A stretch of DNA of 20,000 bases from Seison nebaliae (lineage: Eukaryota). The notes beneath the pieces are model-generated. The model made no database searches, was not told where the DNA came from, and saw only the letters and a program-made list of their open reading frames with translations. The position numbers were made by a program, and so were the translations under genes. The DNA lies in NCBI GenBank assembly GCA_023231475.1, contig JALJEE010002072.1, positions 59,621-79,620 of the forward strand. Direction: 5' to 3'. Of the stretch, positions 1 through 11,856 are shown piece by piece (the stretch's first letter is position 1; every line of letters starts with the position of its first letter).

Positions 1-1747
1 GTAATTAAAATTCTAATTTGAAATAAACAATATTTTATTAACGTATGATCAAACTGACAAATAATTAACTTTATATAATCATTATTGTTGAACGAGTAGA
101 AATTACTCGCCCCTAATGATTTCCATCTACCCAAATTCCAAGATACACTGGCGACATCTTCATCCGAGTTTAATCGATCAATCGTTTCATTTAGTTTATT
201 GAAATATTCAATATTATAATATCGATAAGATGATGATCCAAGTACTTCATTAGAAACGATGAACGGTGCTCGAACACCTCGTTCTAAAATCGTCACGTCA
301 CAAATCGACAATACTTCCTGTGTTAAATTTAAGGGCGCAAATAAATGAAGAGTCAAATCCGAGTTGAACGCTTCCCCAAAATCTCTTAAAGTTACCAGAA
401 ATTGACCACCACTCTCTTCATAATAAGACGCATATGTTTCATCTAATTTAACAGCTTCTGGTATTTCAATTCTGGCTTCGATATCTGTATTGGTCTGAAA
501 TTTTAGTAGAATTAACAAAAATTTGAAAGCGAATTTTCAATTCATTATTAAACCGTGGCTGATGACATGGCCGTTATCGTGAAAGGGATCGAGTTCGTCG
601 ATGGGGAAGATGTTCCATATTTTAATGTTATATCAATATTACCAGGACTGGTATTCGCACAATTCTTATCAACATAAATATGAAGATTGAACTTGATTAA
701 TCTGTCAGTACTAATTGCTAATAGAAAAATGTTAAAAAAAGCATATTTTCAAAATGAAAGAAACCACTCGGCCAACTCTCCAGTTTGCCAAAATCAATCC
801 AAAATTCTTCATCTCCATTTCTTACCATTCGTCCGTATAATTCATTGGAAAAAGTGCCAAAGTTGTTATAATAATTTGAACCGACACTCTTCAGAGAGAT
901 CCGATCCAAATATTTTATACAAGTCGCAACTTCATCACGAATACTGACACCTATTATTAATTTCTCAGCAGCTGCCAAAACGGCTTGCAAGTTCACATCG
1001 AAATTAGTCACAACGGTTTCTCCTAATTAGTGATAATAATTTATACACAATTAAATGTTGCTCATAAAATTTTGCCAACCTTTCACTAATGTTACCGAAC
1101 TAGCTACATTTGGAATACTTGCAGACGGTGTTCCCGTTCGCGCTGGCGTTAAAGTATCTTTCTTTTTGAATAACGTTTGACCAATCCAAATTTTCTTTCG
1201 TTCTTCATATTCAACGCCTGCAGTCAACCAATAATTATTGGTGCTCAATAAACTCAAATCCTGAGTAGTTACCCAGAATGTTACCGTGATTTCTTTGTCA
1301 GAACTCTTTGGGTGTATAGGTGGGAAAAATATCATTGCTCGATTAAACTTTAAAAAAAAGTTATTCGTTTCCAAAATCAATAACATATTCTTTAACTTTA
1401 AAAGGATGATTCTCTTCGTCATGAGTTTCCATCAGAACTCTTGAAAACTTGATTTCTTTCGCGTTGTAAAAATCGGCAGTTGCTGCCTCAATTGCTGGAC
1501 GACTAATACTTAACATAATATCTGAGTTCAATTCCGGAGCATACAATTCCATATATGCCTCCTGTGGTTTATCATCTTTGACGGTGATCTTAACTTCAAC
1601 TTGTACTTCTGTCTCTCGATCAAATTCGATGACTTCCTTATTGGCACCCATTTTTTCTAAGGAAAATTCCATTCGAAGACAATGGCCATGGTAAACCATG
1701 AACATTATCATTAATGGAAGATACATTTCCATTAATCGCTTGACCAT
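1..1747 (-). CDS. Secreted or extracellular protein of unknown function with degenerate internal repeats; 3' end runs off the window
   Basis: Exons 1747-1397, 1347-1080, 1022-765, 717-554, 494-70 and 12-1 join in frame across GT..AG introns 1396-1348, 1079-1023, 764-718, 553-495 and 69-13. Hydrophobic N-terminus (MYLPLMIMFMVYHGHC) looks like a signal peptide. Motifs recur: MELYAP/LHLFAP; IDFGKL/WNLGRW; DKEITVTFWV/DRLIKFNLHI/DYIKILI. Confidence 0.8.
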
Positions 1748-3282
1748 TTTCTTTCTCGTTTTCCTTTCGGAATAATATTAGATTTTTTAATACTTTCCAA
1801 CGATAATGAAACTATGGAAAATTTTAGGGAAATTTTATTCTTCAACTATGTTATGTTATCGATTTTTTTTCGATCGATAACGAAAGAAAATGGCCATGTT
1901 ATTTCATATTATACGTGACGAGAAAAAAACAAGTTTCTCGCATAATTTCCTTTATTATTTTCTCTTTAAACAAATGATGCAAATGATAAGTTTTACATAA
2001 TTGAACTATTTCATTCAATCCACTCCTCATTCGTATTAAGAATAATGTGAAGGAAACTAAATCGATAATCTTTCGTCAACTTATTAGTTTTAACTTTTCT
2101 CTTTTTGTTTTTAACTATCAAAGATTTTTAATTTTATCAACTTCTTATGTAGCCGGTCCATTCTAATTAGAATGGAATGATTGTATTCCGATCCATTAGA
2201 TTAATCCAATATGTTATGATTCAATTCAAATATTACTGCAATATCCTTTTTCATTTTCCATGCAGTCCATATTTTCCTAATAGACTTTTGAAGTATTCCA
2301 CTGAACTATAAAAATCGATAACGGAAGGTTATAATTTTCTCAAGAGCAATAATATTTCTTCATGATAAAAATTTCACGATCGAAATTCTCCATCACGACC
2401 TTTCAAGAATTCTGCCTGTTTCGGATTTTTTTACTTCAAGACTATTCCTTCATTAGACCACTAGAATTATAATTCAATTTTAGTCATTACTTCATTATTA
2501 TCACTAAATATCAGACATCACAATATTCCAGACTAATTATTTTTCAATAATCATTGTCCATGTCAATTTGCTTTCGTTATTATATTTTATATTTGAACAA
2601 AAATTGAATAGATCATCGACTTGTTAACACAGAAATAGGTAATCGTAAATACTATAAACAAAATAATTTCATCAAATGGTTGACTAAATACTCTTGCTTT
2701 TAAGACTTGCATCAGTCTTATCATGTTCGAGGCAAAAAAGTTCATTTAAGTTGAAAAAATGTTAAAAAGAATTTGGAATAAAAACTAAAAAATAATTGAT
2801 CATAAATTTACATTTTCTATAAACCCAAGAGACTAACATTGTAAGTGTTCTTGTACTAACATTGTTTGTAATTAACTCAATGAGTGACAGTTCGTTCGCA
2901 CTTTTAAGAATCTGAAATATTCCCTGATATTTTTCGTCCAAAATATTCCTATTCACCTAATAATCATAATATAACATGGAGGAAATGTGTCAGAAATAGC
3001 TTCCGACAAAATAAGATTATATAACTAAAACTAACTAACTAATTTAAATGCCGAATTCCCTTCTTACAATTTTCAAATCGATTTATTGAAGAAAAAGTTT
3101 GAAATTTATTATAATAAAATAAAATATGAAATTAAATGGCAAAGAATATAATCAATAATTTCATCAATAAATGAAAAAAAAGACGGTAATAGAAAGATTT
3201 ACATGAAAATTTTAATGAAGAAATCGATAAAAAAAACAATTATTTTCGGAAAAAAATGAAGGGCAAAAAAGTTTCATTCATC

Positions 3283-3933
3283 TCATTTTCTGTTAGTTGA
3301 TCGTCGTGTCATGATTCGTCGAGGTGAAGACGTTTTTTTCGAAATCCTTTTAACTGGAGCTGATTTTCGCAATAAAACTTTCTCCCGAATTGTACGAATT
3401 GGGATCGGCTTTACTGACACTGTACATGGGTCATTCCATTTATTGATTTCATTCTTATTGATACTTCTCTCTTTAGTACCTTTGGATTTCATGAGATAAA
3501 TAATTCCATCATCGATCTCATTATCTGATCGAGATCTGGAACGTAATTTCATTGTAAAAGAATTGACAGCATTATCTCGTCTTTCCTTTCTCTGCAAACG
3601 ACAATTTAGAAAGATTCAATGAATAAAATTGAAAAAACGTTTTGTATTTTCTCTTTTCGAACTTTCTTCTGTTCGTCTTGTGCTTTCTTCAATTTTGATA
3701 ATCTTTTCATTTGTTTATTTTTCCCTTGATGAATATCATTAAGAAATTTACTGAAAAAGAGATGAAAAAATGGAATAATGGAAAGAAGGTGAGGGGAACT
3801 TTCTTTCATTCAAATCGAATTTTACAACTTTCTTTCTTGCTAAAGATTTTGGCTTTCGGAGAGATGATCTTTTTGAATTAGCGCTACGTTTCGCTGTTGA
3901 TCTTAAATAAGAAATGCTGCTTCGTGTTTTCAT
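3283..3933 (-). CDS. Basic Lys/Arg/Ser-rich protein, about 184 aa, no recognised domain
   Basis: Exons 3933-3800, 3750-3639 and 3591-3283 join in frame (introns 3799-3751 and 3638-3592, 49 and 47 nt; an alternative in-frame GTT donor lies 24 nt upstream for intron 2). This merges three ORF-track fragments. Confidence 0.7.
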
Positions 3934-4126
3934 TGTGATGAGGATTTGAAATAAGAAATCAATTCTATTGAAGGATAATTTAATGTAAATGAACGAAAAG
4001 GAATCTGTTTAAAAATAAAATGAAAGAAAATGAAATTTCTAATGAAATTTTAATAAAAGAATAAAGATTTCTCTAAAAAATTGATGATAATTTTAAATAA
4101 TTGTTTAATATGTTGACGACACGTTG

Positions 4127-6326
4127 TTAGTCGAATTTGACAGCTCCGTAAATCTTTTTCACGAATACATAAGAACTGTAGAATCCGACTGTTCCACAGA
4201 AAACAGCAAATGTGAAACTGGCTAGGAAAGTGTAGGAGAAATAGATGAGAGATGAAACGAATCCAGTAATCTGTAACTGAAGGAAGGTGAAGGGAATTAG
4301 GAGATATTGAAATTTGAAGAAAAGAGAAACTTTATTGATGAAGTAGAAGATGGAATAGAGGAACATGTAAATTGCAACACCCGTCGATGAAATGAATGAC
4401 TTCCACCACCATCTTAATAGAAAATTAATTGATTGAAAGAAACGAATAAAGAGAGGGAAAGTGAAGGAGTGAAGAGATTAACCGATAATCTTCAGAACAT
4501 AGATTGAAGTAAGTGATAACGATACTGATCTGTGAAACTGCGATGACAATTATAACGAATACGAGAAAGAGGAATCCGAATAAATAATAAAATTGATTTT
4601 GCCAAATTGCCGTGAAGATAAAGAAAAGTTCAATAAATAAAGCTCCAAACGGCATAATTCCTGCGAACATCGTACTAAACAGTAGAATATTAATCAGACT
4701 AAGAACAAATATTTTCAGAGAATAACCATGGAATTATGTTGAGAAACCATGGCGTCTCAGGTACTTGTTTAGGTATCTGATTCGTACGTACCGGATGATC
4801 ATAAGACTAATGATTTTAGATGACATAAAACGAAAAGGAGAAAAAAAGAGGAAACTTTCTTCCTAAAACCGAAGTAGGCGCCAACATAGACCAAAGGCAA
4901 AGATATCAATAACCACATAGCAGCGAGAATGATGATGGTTTTAAATGGAACTGCACCAGAACTTTTCTTCGCAACAATGAAAAAGTTAACGAAAATTCCA
5001 ATTGCAAATACAAATATTGGATACCATGTTGCTGTCTAATTGGTGAAAATTGAATTGAAACAAAAGAACAAACAAATTATCATAAATATTATTCACACAA
5101 AAATTAACTATAATCGCTGTTCTCTTCCATGTGACTCCTTTAAGTGTCTTATACAATCGAATACTCCAATAACCGCCAACAATTCCCATACAATGAAACA
5201 TGAATGTAGCAACTGTAACAAAACTGCCACGACTAGCCGGAGAGAGCATTCCCAACATAGCTAATAAGAGTATTATACATGTGACCGCAAATAATTGTAG
5301 TCCTGTCCCTAAAAGTGCCGTCAAAATTTCGGGATATGGTGGTGGACGGAAAACATCAGCATGTACTAATTTCCATCCAGTTTCTTCAATCACATCCTCC
5401 ACATCTATTTCTCGATTATATTGAGCGATATCTCTCCGTACGGTACGTACCATTATCATAGATAAGACTCCAGTCATGAAAAAAACGATGATGAATGAAT
5501 TGATGATGGAGAACCAATGAACTTGGACATCTGACATCTTTAAATAATTATCCCATCGTGATGCCCAACGTATATCACTCCGTTCCCATATCACTTCATA
5601 AGTTAACATGATTTCTTTCGTCGTCTCATCGACATACATCTCTTCTTCTCCTTCCACCAATGAACATAAATTACCTGGTTTAACTTCGACATTTTTCCTT
5701 GCTATCGATTTCGGTTCTACATCAAATCCGACGATATGATAATAACTATCTGAACTGGATTCCTGATGATATTTCAATCGAATCACCAAATGATTATTCA
5801 CAACATATTTACCACTTTTCTCATTAGGATTCCCTCGGACAAAACCGAACAAATAACCTTGATCGTAACGTGTCACTGCACCCAATCGATAAACGGTAGC
5901 ACATGGCATATTATCAGCGATTAGATGAACATGATATTCTTTCTTAATCTTATCTTTAATATTAGCAATCGCCTTCTGATTTAGTGATGCACCAGGACAT
6001 AGGACTTTACACTTACTATCTTTAGCCATTTCGATTTGATAATTCGTGTTGACTATTCGATCGCCTCGAAGGATTTCTCCTAAATTCTCCGATTTATATT
6101 GGATACCTTCTTTCGGTTTACAATGTAATTCCGTCGAATAGTATCCAAATGGTAATTGAGTGTGAATTGAAGACATTTTCACTGCCTTGATTTCAACGTT
6201 CCATCCATATTGATAATGTACGGGTGCAACGCCGGGTACATAGAATGAGTGTATATATGGAATGGGAAGAAGTAGGAAAAAGAAAAGAGAATGAACGAAA
6301 TGACTCCAATTGTTATCGTTCATCAT
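4127..6326 (-). CDS. TM9SF4: Transmembrane 9 superfamily member 4 (nonaspanin/EMP70 family), 633 aa
   Basis: Exons 6326-5109, 5035-4856, 4806-4727, 4674-4483, 4412-4331, 4276-4127. Family motifs [76 protein letters not shown] and C-terminal KxD (AVKFD). TM9SF4 rather than TM9SF2 is judged from recalled sequence similarity. Confidence 0.93.
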
Positions 6327-7226
6327 TCGACCATATCCTTTTGAAAAACACCGAAATTATTTTAATAAATTTGTAATACCAAATTGCAATTGTTTGTTGG
6401 TTCGAATGAGTGTACACGAGTAATGAATCTCGTGGAATAACAAGGAAAGACAAATGTTTTGAATAAAGTCAGGTCCAAAAGATTTCAATCATCAATTACT
6501 ATAATACCAAAAATAATTTTCCCTTTGTAGTACTGGTGTAAGGGATTTGACCTCTCTCTTCTGTACACTGAAATAAGATCCAATAAAATTATAAGCGTTA
6601 TTTTTGAGGTTACCTACCAATTTACTAATGATTTTATTGTCACTCATCTCTTACTCATCATTCTCCTAAATGTATTTTACATTTTTCTTATTCAAATTTT
6701 AGGCTTGCATCCAATCACCACGAAACTCTCTAAACTTCCCTGTCCATGTGACGTCATTTTATGGAATTGGGGACACTTTTATTTTCCTTATTTTCATTTT
6801 CGAAAGAAGACACATATCTTCTTTTTATTTGGACATTTTACTCTGTTTCTAATTTAGCTGGACAGTTCACCTCTATTATCTATCAGATTGAAACTGTCGT
6901 ACTACCTGTTCCAATTGATGAGCACCGTTTTTGCTCTTTCTTCAATTATCTCCGTTTGTATCATAACTGACGTGAGTTGAATAATTCGCCTCTGTATCTC
7001 GTAAAAGACACACCTTGTTAGTTCTAGTAACCATTCTTGGTTGACCAACAACTTCTTCTTGGACTAGCTTACTGTTAGAAGAGTTCAAAGTATTTTTCAA
7101 ATTTTTAGAACCCATGATATAGCACAGATAAAAGATTAGAAAGCAATAAGTAAAATAAGGACTAAAATGTTATTTAGGAAAGTATTTTCATGGTTCTGAT
7201 AACCAACGGATATTTTTTATTTCCTT

Positions 7227-7690
7227 AAAATAGGTTAAAAAATTATAAATCTCCAACAACCAGTTAATCAATAGATTATCATTGTCGAAGAATAATTATC
7301 AAATACTTCTAATAGTAAAACTTTGCTACTTTGCTAATTGGAAAATATTCAAGTGGAAATAAACTACATAAGATTTAAATCTGCTTTATCTTTTGTTCTT
7401 TAAGATTATGTGATTAAGGCATATGGAATATATTTATAAGTTTTGTAATCATTAGTATAAAAATCAGATTAATAGACGATTAATAGACATTATTTGAAAC
7501 GAAGGAAATTATATTTCGCTCATTCTTCATAATCAAAATATTCAATAATAATAATTCATAATGCAAAAAAATTGGAAAGAATATATCAGTGCTAGAGAAC
7601 ATGAAAGTTTGAGGAAACAACAATAATAATTTAGAAAATTTGGATGGCTTATTTTAGTTTCTCTTTCGATTATATCAAACATGAGAAATT
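7227..7690. repeat. Copy A of a diverged local duplication; matches 8170-8499 plus 9370-9438 but lacks the gene between them
   Basis: Identical blocks TAATTGGAAAATATTCAAGTGGAAA (7335-7359 = 8300-8324), TTAAGATTATGTGATTAA (7400-7417 = 8369-8386) and CATTCTTCATAATCA (7521-7535 = 8485-8499); 7622-7690 aligns closely to 9370-9438. Confidence 0.9.
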
Positions 7691-8169
7691 CTATGACTAT
7701 TGGAAGGACGATAAATATGCTGTTCATGTAAAGGATCTTCTTTTGACAGATCTAAGGATCTGTAAAGCACATTTAACAGATAATCAAATCACTCTATTTC
7801 ATTCATTTTATAAATTAAGAAACTGTGTTTTCTTCCATAAGATAATAGGTTTAAAGTGTCATGATGCTTTGATAATCAAGGTTCTTTAAACAAATTCTAT
7901 CAATTTATTAGCTTGTGGCAACAAACACGTTAGAAAGTTCGGTCATTTAATCAAAATCACTACCAAATTTTCAACTTGAATTTCCGTTTTCTGTTATTTT
8001 GGATAATTGCAAAAATGTGACTATTTTTTTCATCGAACATTTTTTGGAGAATTATTCTATTGACGTAAAATTGGAATAAAATGTTTGTTTTCTTCAATCC
8101 GTCATCTTCTCTACATTGTCTTGTCCGTAAAATTTTTTGATGTAACATTATCTTATCTTAACAATTATA

Positions 8170-9438
8170 AAAACAGGTTAAATATTATGAATGTCCAATA
8201 ACTAGTTAATCAATAAATTAGAACATTTTCCAAGAATACTTTTTTGTATAGAATACGAAACGATTATCAATTCTTAGAAAGAACTTTAATCTATTTTTGT
8301 AATTGGAAAATATTCAAGTGGAAACAGACTTCATAAATTCGAAATCGGTTTTTAAAATTGGAACCGAATTAAGATTATGTGATTAATGTAAATGGAATAT
8401 TCATGGAATAAGTTTGAGTACTTAATTTACAATATCCGATTAATAGGACATATACTATTTGAAACGATGAAATTATATTTCGCCCATTCTTCATAATCAT
8501 TCTTTTAACATTATATTGTAACAAAATGAAAAATTTTTCATATTTCTTGAGTTTGCTAATGATCAGTATCTCGAAAGAAGAAATATCGTTCTTCTATTAT
8601 GTAGGTCAATACTATTCCAGTGAACTTGCTATTGAAAATTCTTTGGGAACAGGTTTGACATGTGCGAACCTTGGAGATGGGTGGTCTGAGTTGCAAGTAT
8701 GGGATAATCATTTTCTGAAATATGTGAACGATGTAGTTTTCCCTAATATTACTTTTTATTATATTAATATTGGAATTGATCCATTTTCCATATACGGAAT
8801 ATGGCGGGATAATTATAATTCCAAATTACTCTATTCAGAAGGTCAGTGTAATTTATGGTTAAAAGGTGAACCAGATGCACAAGAATTTGGTATTATTTGG
8901 CATCAATATTTCCAGGATGGAATGCGTAAAATTGGAGATTCTAATAGGGACGGACTCCACAGTTGTTGGAAACCACTATATCATACAAGAAGCGTTATTT
9001 TGTCAATAAACTCAGCCAGTATATTTATTAATAATTATTTTTCAAATCCGATTTATAGGTTCTCTACATAATAGTATGAAGCACTTGGCGATGAACATTA
9101 GCGGAATGGACCCTAAAATAATTATGGCACCACCTAACTGCTACGACCCGTATATTATTCGAAGTTCTACTTATGAAGCACAAATCCTTTCTACGGGAGA
9201 TTAACTTTGATAATCACGTTTTCTTAAATTCTTTATTTTATCTACGTATCTACAACTTGGTGAAAAGTTTAGATAAACGTGGATAATCTGTGTAAAATCT
9301 TCTTGTAGAAATATAGTTATATGTGCAAAATAACGGTTAAAAAACTTTCATAATTTTTCAGGAAGAGAGAATAATAACCTAGAAAATTTGGATTGCTTAT
9401 TTTAGTTTCTCTTATTATTATACCAAACATGAGAAATT
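8170..9438. repeat. Copy B of the duplication, enclosing the lectin-like gene
   Basis: Left flank 8170-8499 and right flank 9370-9438 are collinear with copy A at 7227-7690. Confidence 0.85.
8526..9071 (+). CDS. Secreted protein with a divergent C-type lectin-like domain; 3' end uncertain
   Basis: 181-aa ORF with a signal-peptide-like N-terminus and the pattern C..LG..W..L, G.W, NLW..GEPD, terminal C.K resembling a CTLD. An acceptor (TTTATAG ending 9058) suggests a possible further exon that could extend to the TAA near 9203. Confidence 0.55.
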   Translation: MKNFSYFLSLLMISISKEEISFFYYVGQYYSSELAIENSLGTGLTCANLGDGWSELQVWDNHFLKYVNDVVFPNITFYYINIGIDPFSIYGIWRDNYNSKLLYSEGQCNLWLKGEPDAQEFGIIWHQYFQDGMRKIGDSNRDGLHSCWKPLYHTRSVILSINSASIFINNYFSNPIYRFST

Positions 9439-9757
9439 TTATTTGTGATTTATTTGATTATTTTCGGATTTCCTATCAGAAAATTTAAATAATTGCGAAC
9501 AACGAATTGTCCGAATTAAGGGAAGATAATTGTCCCATTTAGAAAAAAAGAACTAAAAAATATAGAAACGTCCTTTTTAACTTTACATCTGTTGCATAAT
9601 CAATGACTTTTTGTATACGATTGACATCTGTTTTTGAGAGACTTCTTTGAATAAAAACAAACTCTTACAGTTCTAAAGAGGGCGAACGGACACATGTGTG
9701 TCAAACTTCTAATGATGACTTCTTTAATCTGATAAATGGAAACAATGATGAAATGAC

Positions 9758-10778
9758 ATGAATTTTTTGTTAATCGGTGATTCTTATGTAGGAAAACATA
9801 CTTTTCTAGAAAGTATAAATGCAGAAAAACAATTGCATTCCGATAATACATATTTACTAACCGTCCATAAAATTGAGAAAGACAATGTGAAAAAAGTTCA
9901 AAAAAATATTATAAATCTTCTTAAATTGTTCTCTTCCTTAGAAAATTCGAACAATCCAATTTGAATTAAAAGAAAATCTGAATAAATATGATCGAATCTA
10001 CGAACAGTTTCATCCACAAAATAGATGTATTCTCTTAATGTTCAATATAGAGAATCATGAAACACTTCAATCTATCCAATACAAATGGATACCACTTATT
10101 CGATATTGTTATCCATCCAATGTTCATGTTATACTTCTCGGAATGAAAAGTGATAAAGAATTATTTTCCTTCAAATCGTTTACTCCATCAAAATATGGAG
10201 ATCAAACGGACGACGATTTTGAAGATTTTCTCGAGCGGTTAACGAACGAAAATTATGAAAAGGAAATAAAATATTATTGCGAAGAGAACCAATTCGTTTC
10301 ATTTATCCAATGTTCCACAAAAAATGGAGAGAATATCAAATTTCTCCAAAATCTTTTCATTCTTTTGAATGAATTCGGCGAAAATTATTTCGGATCAGAT
10401 GAATCAATTCAATATCTGATTGAGAATCTTATTACATTGAACAAACATGATAAAAATGTTTCAATTGAATCACTGAGACACATTGTGGATGAATCATCAG
10501 ATATGATGTTACAGAAAAAAATTATTTCAAATCAACCTTCTAAATCGACTAATGAGAAATTGGGGGAGATTCCTGGACAACTTGAATTAGTCGAAGAAAG
10601 AAAATCATATTTAACAACGAATTTCCTAAAAATTCTTTGTGGTTGTGGCCGTGGTAATAGAAGAAAGATCAATGAAGAGCAATTATTATTCGATAAGAAA
10701 ATCATATTATCTGACGCATCATCGACAGAAGATGATGACGACGACAGTTATTATGAGAAAATGGGATCGATAAAATAA
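9758..10778 (+). CDS. Atypical Rho-like small GTPase-fold protein, 324 aa, with acidic C-terminal extension
   Basis: Exons 9758-9895 and 9942-10778 (46-nt intron GTTCAA..TTAG, in frame). Motifs FLLIGDSYVGKH (G1), LMFNIEN..TLQSIQYKWIPLIR (Rho/Miro-like), VILLGMKSD (G4), FIQCSTK (G5). Confidence 0.8.
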
Positions 10779-10910
10779 AATAATTTGAAAATTGTTATTG
10801 TCAATAAAATGAAAAACGAATGAAAGTTTGAAAGAAAAAAAATAAAATTCAAAAAAAAAGAAGATAAATCGATATTATTTACAAATCATTCCATTGGAAA
10901 ATCGATCTGT

Positions 10911-11734
10911 CTAAGCTGGAATGATTGTCGTTATTTGATTATTCGTAGAGGATTGATTGTTTGTTGTTGTCTCCTGATTATTCGTCGGTGCTGATGAATT
11001 ATTTCCCGATTTTTCTAATAGAAATTTTTGTTCTAATTCTCTTAATTGTCGAGGAGCATATCGTACAACCAATCGTATTTTTTCTGTGGCCTGTTTCAAT
11101 AATTGTACTGTCTTCGCATGAGTCTCCTCCTCAACATTATAACTATCGACATTTAGTAATTGATCACCAGTTCTCAAACCTCCATGACGTGCAGCAACAC
11201 CACCCTTCATAATACGAGAAATAAAAATTGGACAATTTTGTTCTTTGCCACCGATAATATTAAATCCGAATCCTTCATTTCCTTTGATTAACACAACTAC
11301 ACGAGGTGGAGCTTTCCCTTCACTGGCAGCAAAAGCAGCAACTGTCGCTCTCGCTGTTGCTATTGCTCGATCGGATGTACTCGTGTTTTCTAAATGTAGA
11401 AAAATATATTAAAAAATATAAAAAAAATTTTAATATTCAACTAACCAGGAACTTCCACTGACGAATAAATTTCTTCATAAACATTCCGCACCAATTGAAA
11501 TAAATCGCTTTCAAATACATCTTGAAGTGCCTGTAATTTTTCTTTAGGTAGATCGTTACCTAAAATTAATGCAATTTAGTTGAGAAACTAAAAATAAATT
11601 GAAAAATTAACATCCTTTTAATTTTTCTAATAAGTCACATGCCTTTTTTACATCTGAAATGGATATGGAAATTAGAATGAAATAGAAAATGAAGAACCAT
11701 CACGTAAATTTAATGAAGAATTTGATTGTTCCAT
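10911..11734 (-). CDS. LIN7: LIN-7/Veli/MALS homolog (L27 + PDZ), 223 aa
   Basis: Exons 11734-11698, 11653-11612, 11559-11446, 11389-10911. Spliced protein has [38 protein letters not shown] and [21 protein letters not shown], plus an N/T/Q-rich tail. Confidence 0.95.
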
Positions 11735-11856
11735 TTCCTGAAAATAGAAATTGTTCTAAAGAAAAAATGAAAAGAAAAAGATTGAAGAAGATTCATTTCA
11801 TTTGGCGAAGAAATAATAATATATATTGTAATTGTCTTTTAATGTTCATACTCCAT

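Noticed and set aside
4127..6326. Fragmented ORFs as evidence of frameshifts, pseudogenes or an alternative genetic code
   Set aside because: All breaks in TM9SF4 and LIN-7 are resolved by short GT..AG introns, and conserved residues translate correctly under the standard code.
7542..8148. Short ORFs 7542-7727, 7644-7889 and 7960-8148
   Set aside because: No motifs, AT-rich composition, partly overlapping the non-coding duplicated block whose second copy does not preserve a comparable ORF.
10779..10910. 132-nt gap between convergent GTPase and LIN-7 stops as antisense regulation
   Set aside because: Tight convergent ends are expected in a genome this compact; there is no further evidence.
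11735..11856. DSS1-LIN7 fusion by cis-splicing
   Set aside because: DSS1 ends with a normal stop after its conserved C-terminal helix, LIN-7 has its own ATG at the expected position, and the spacer has no GTT donor.
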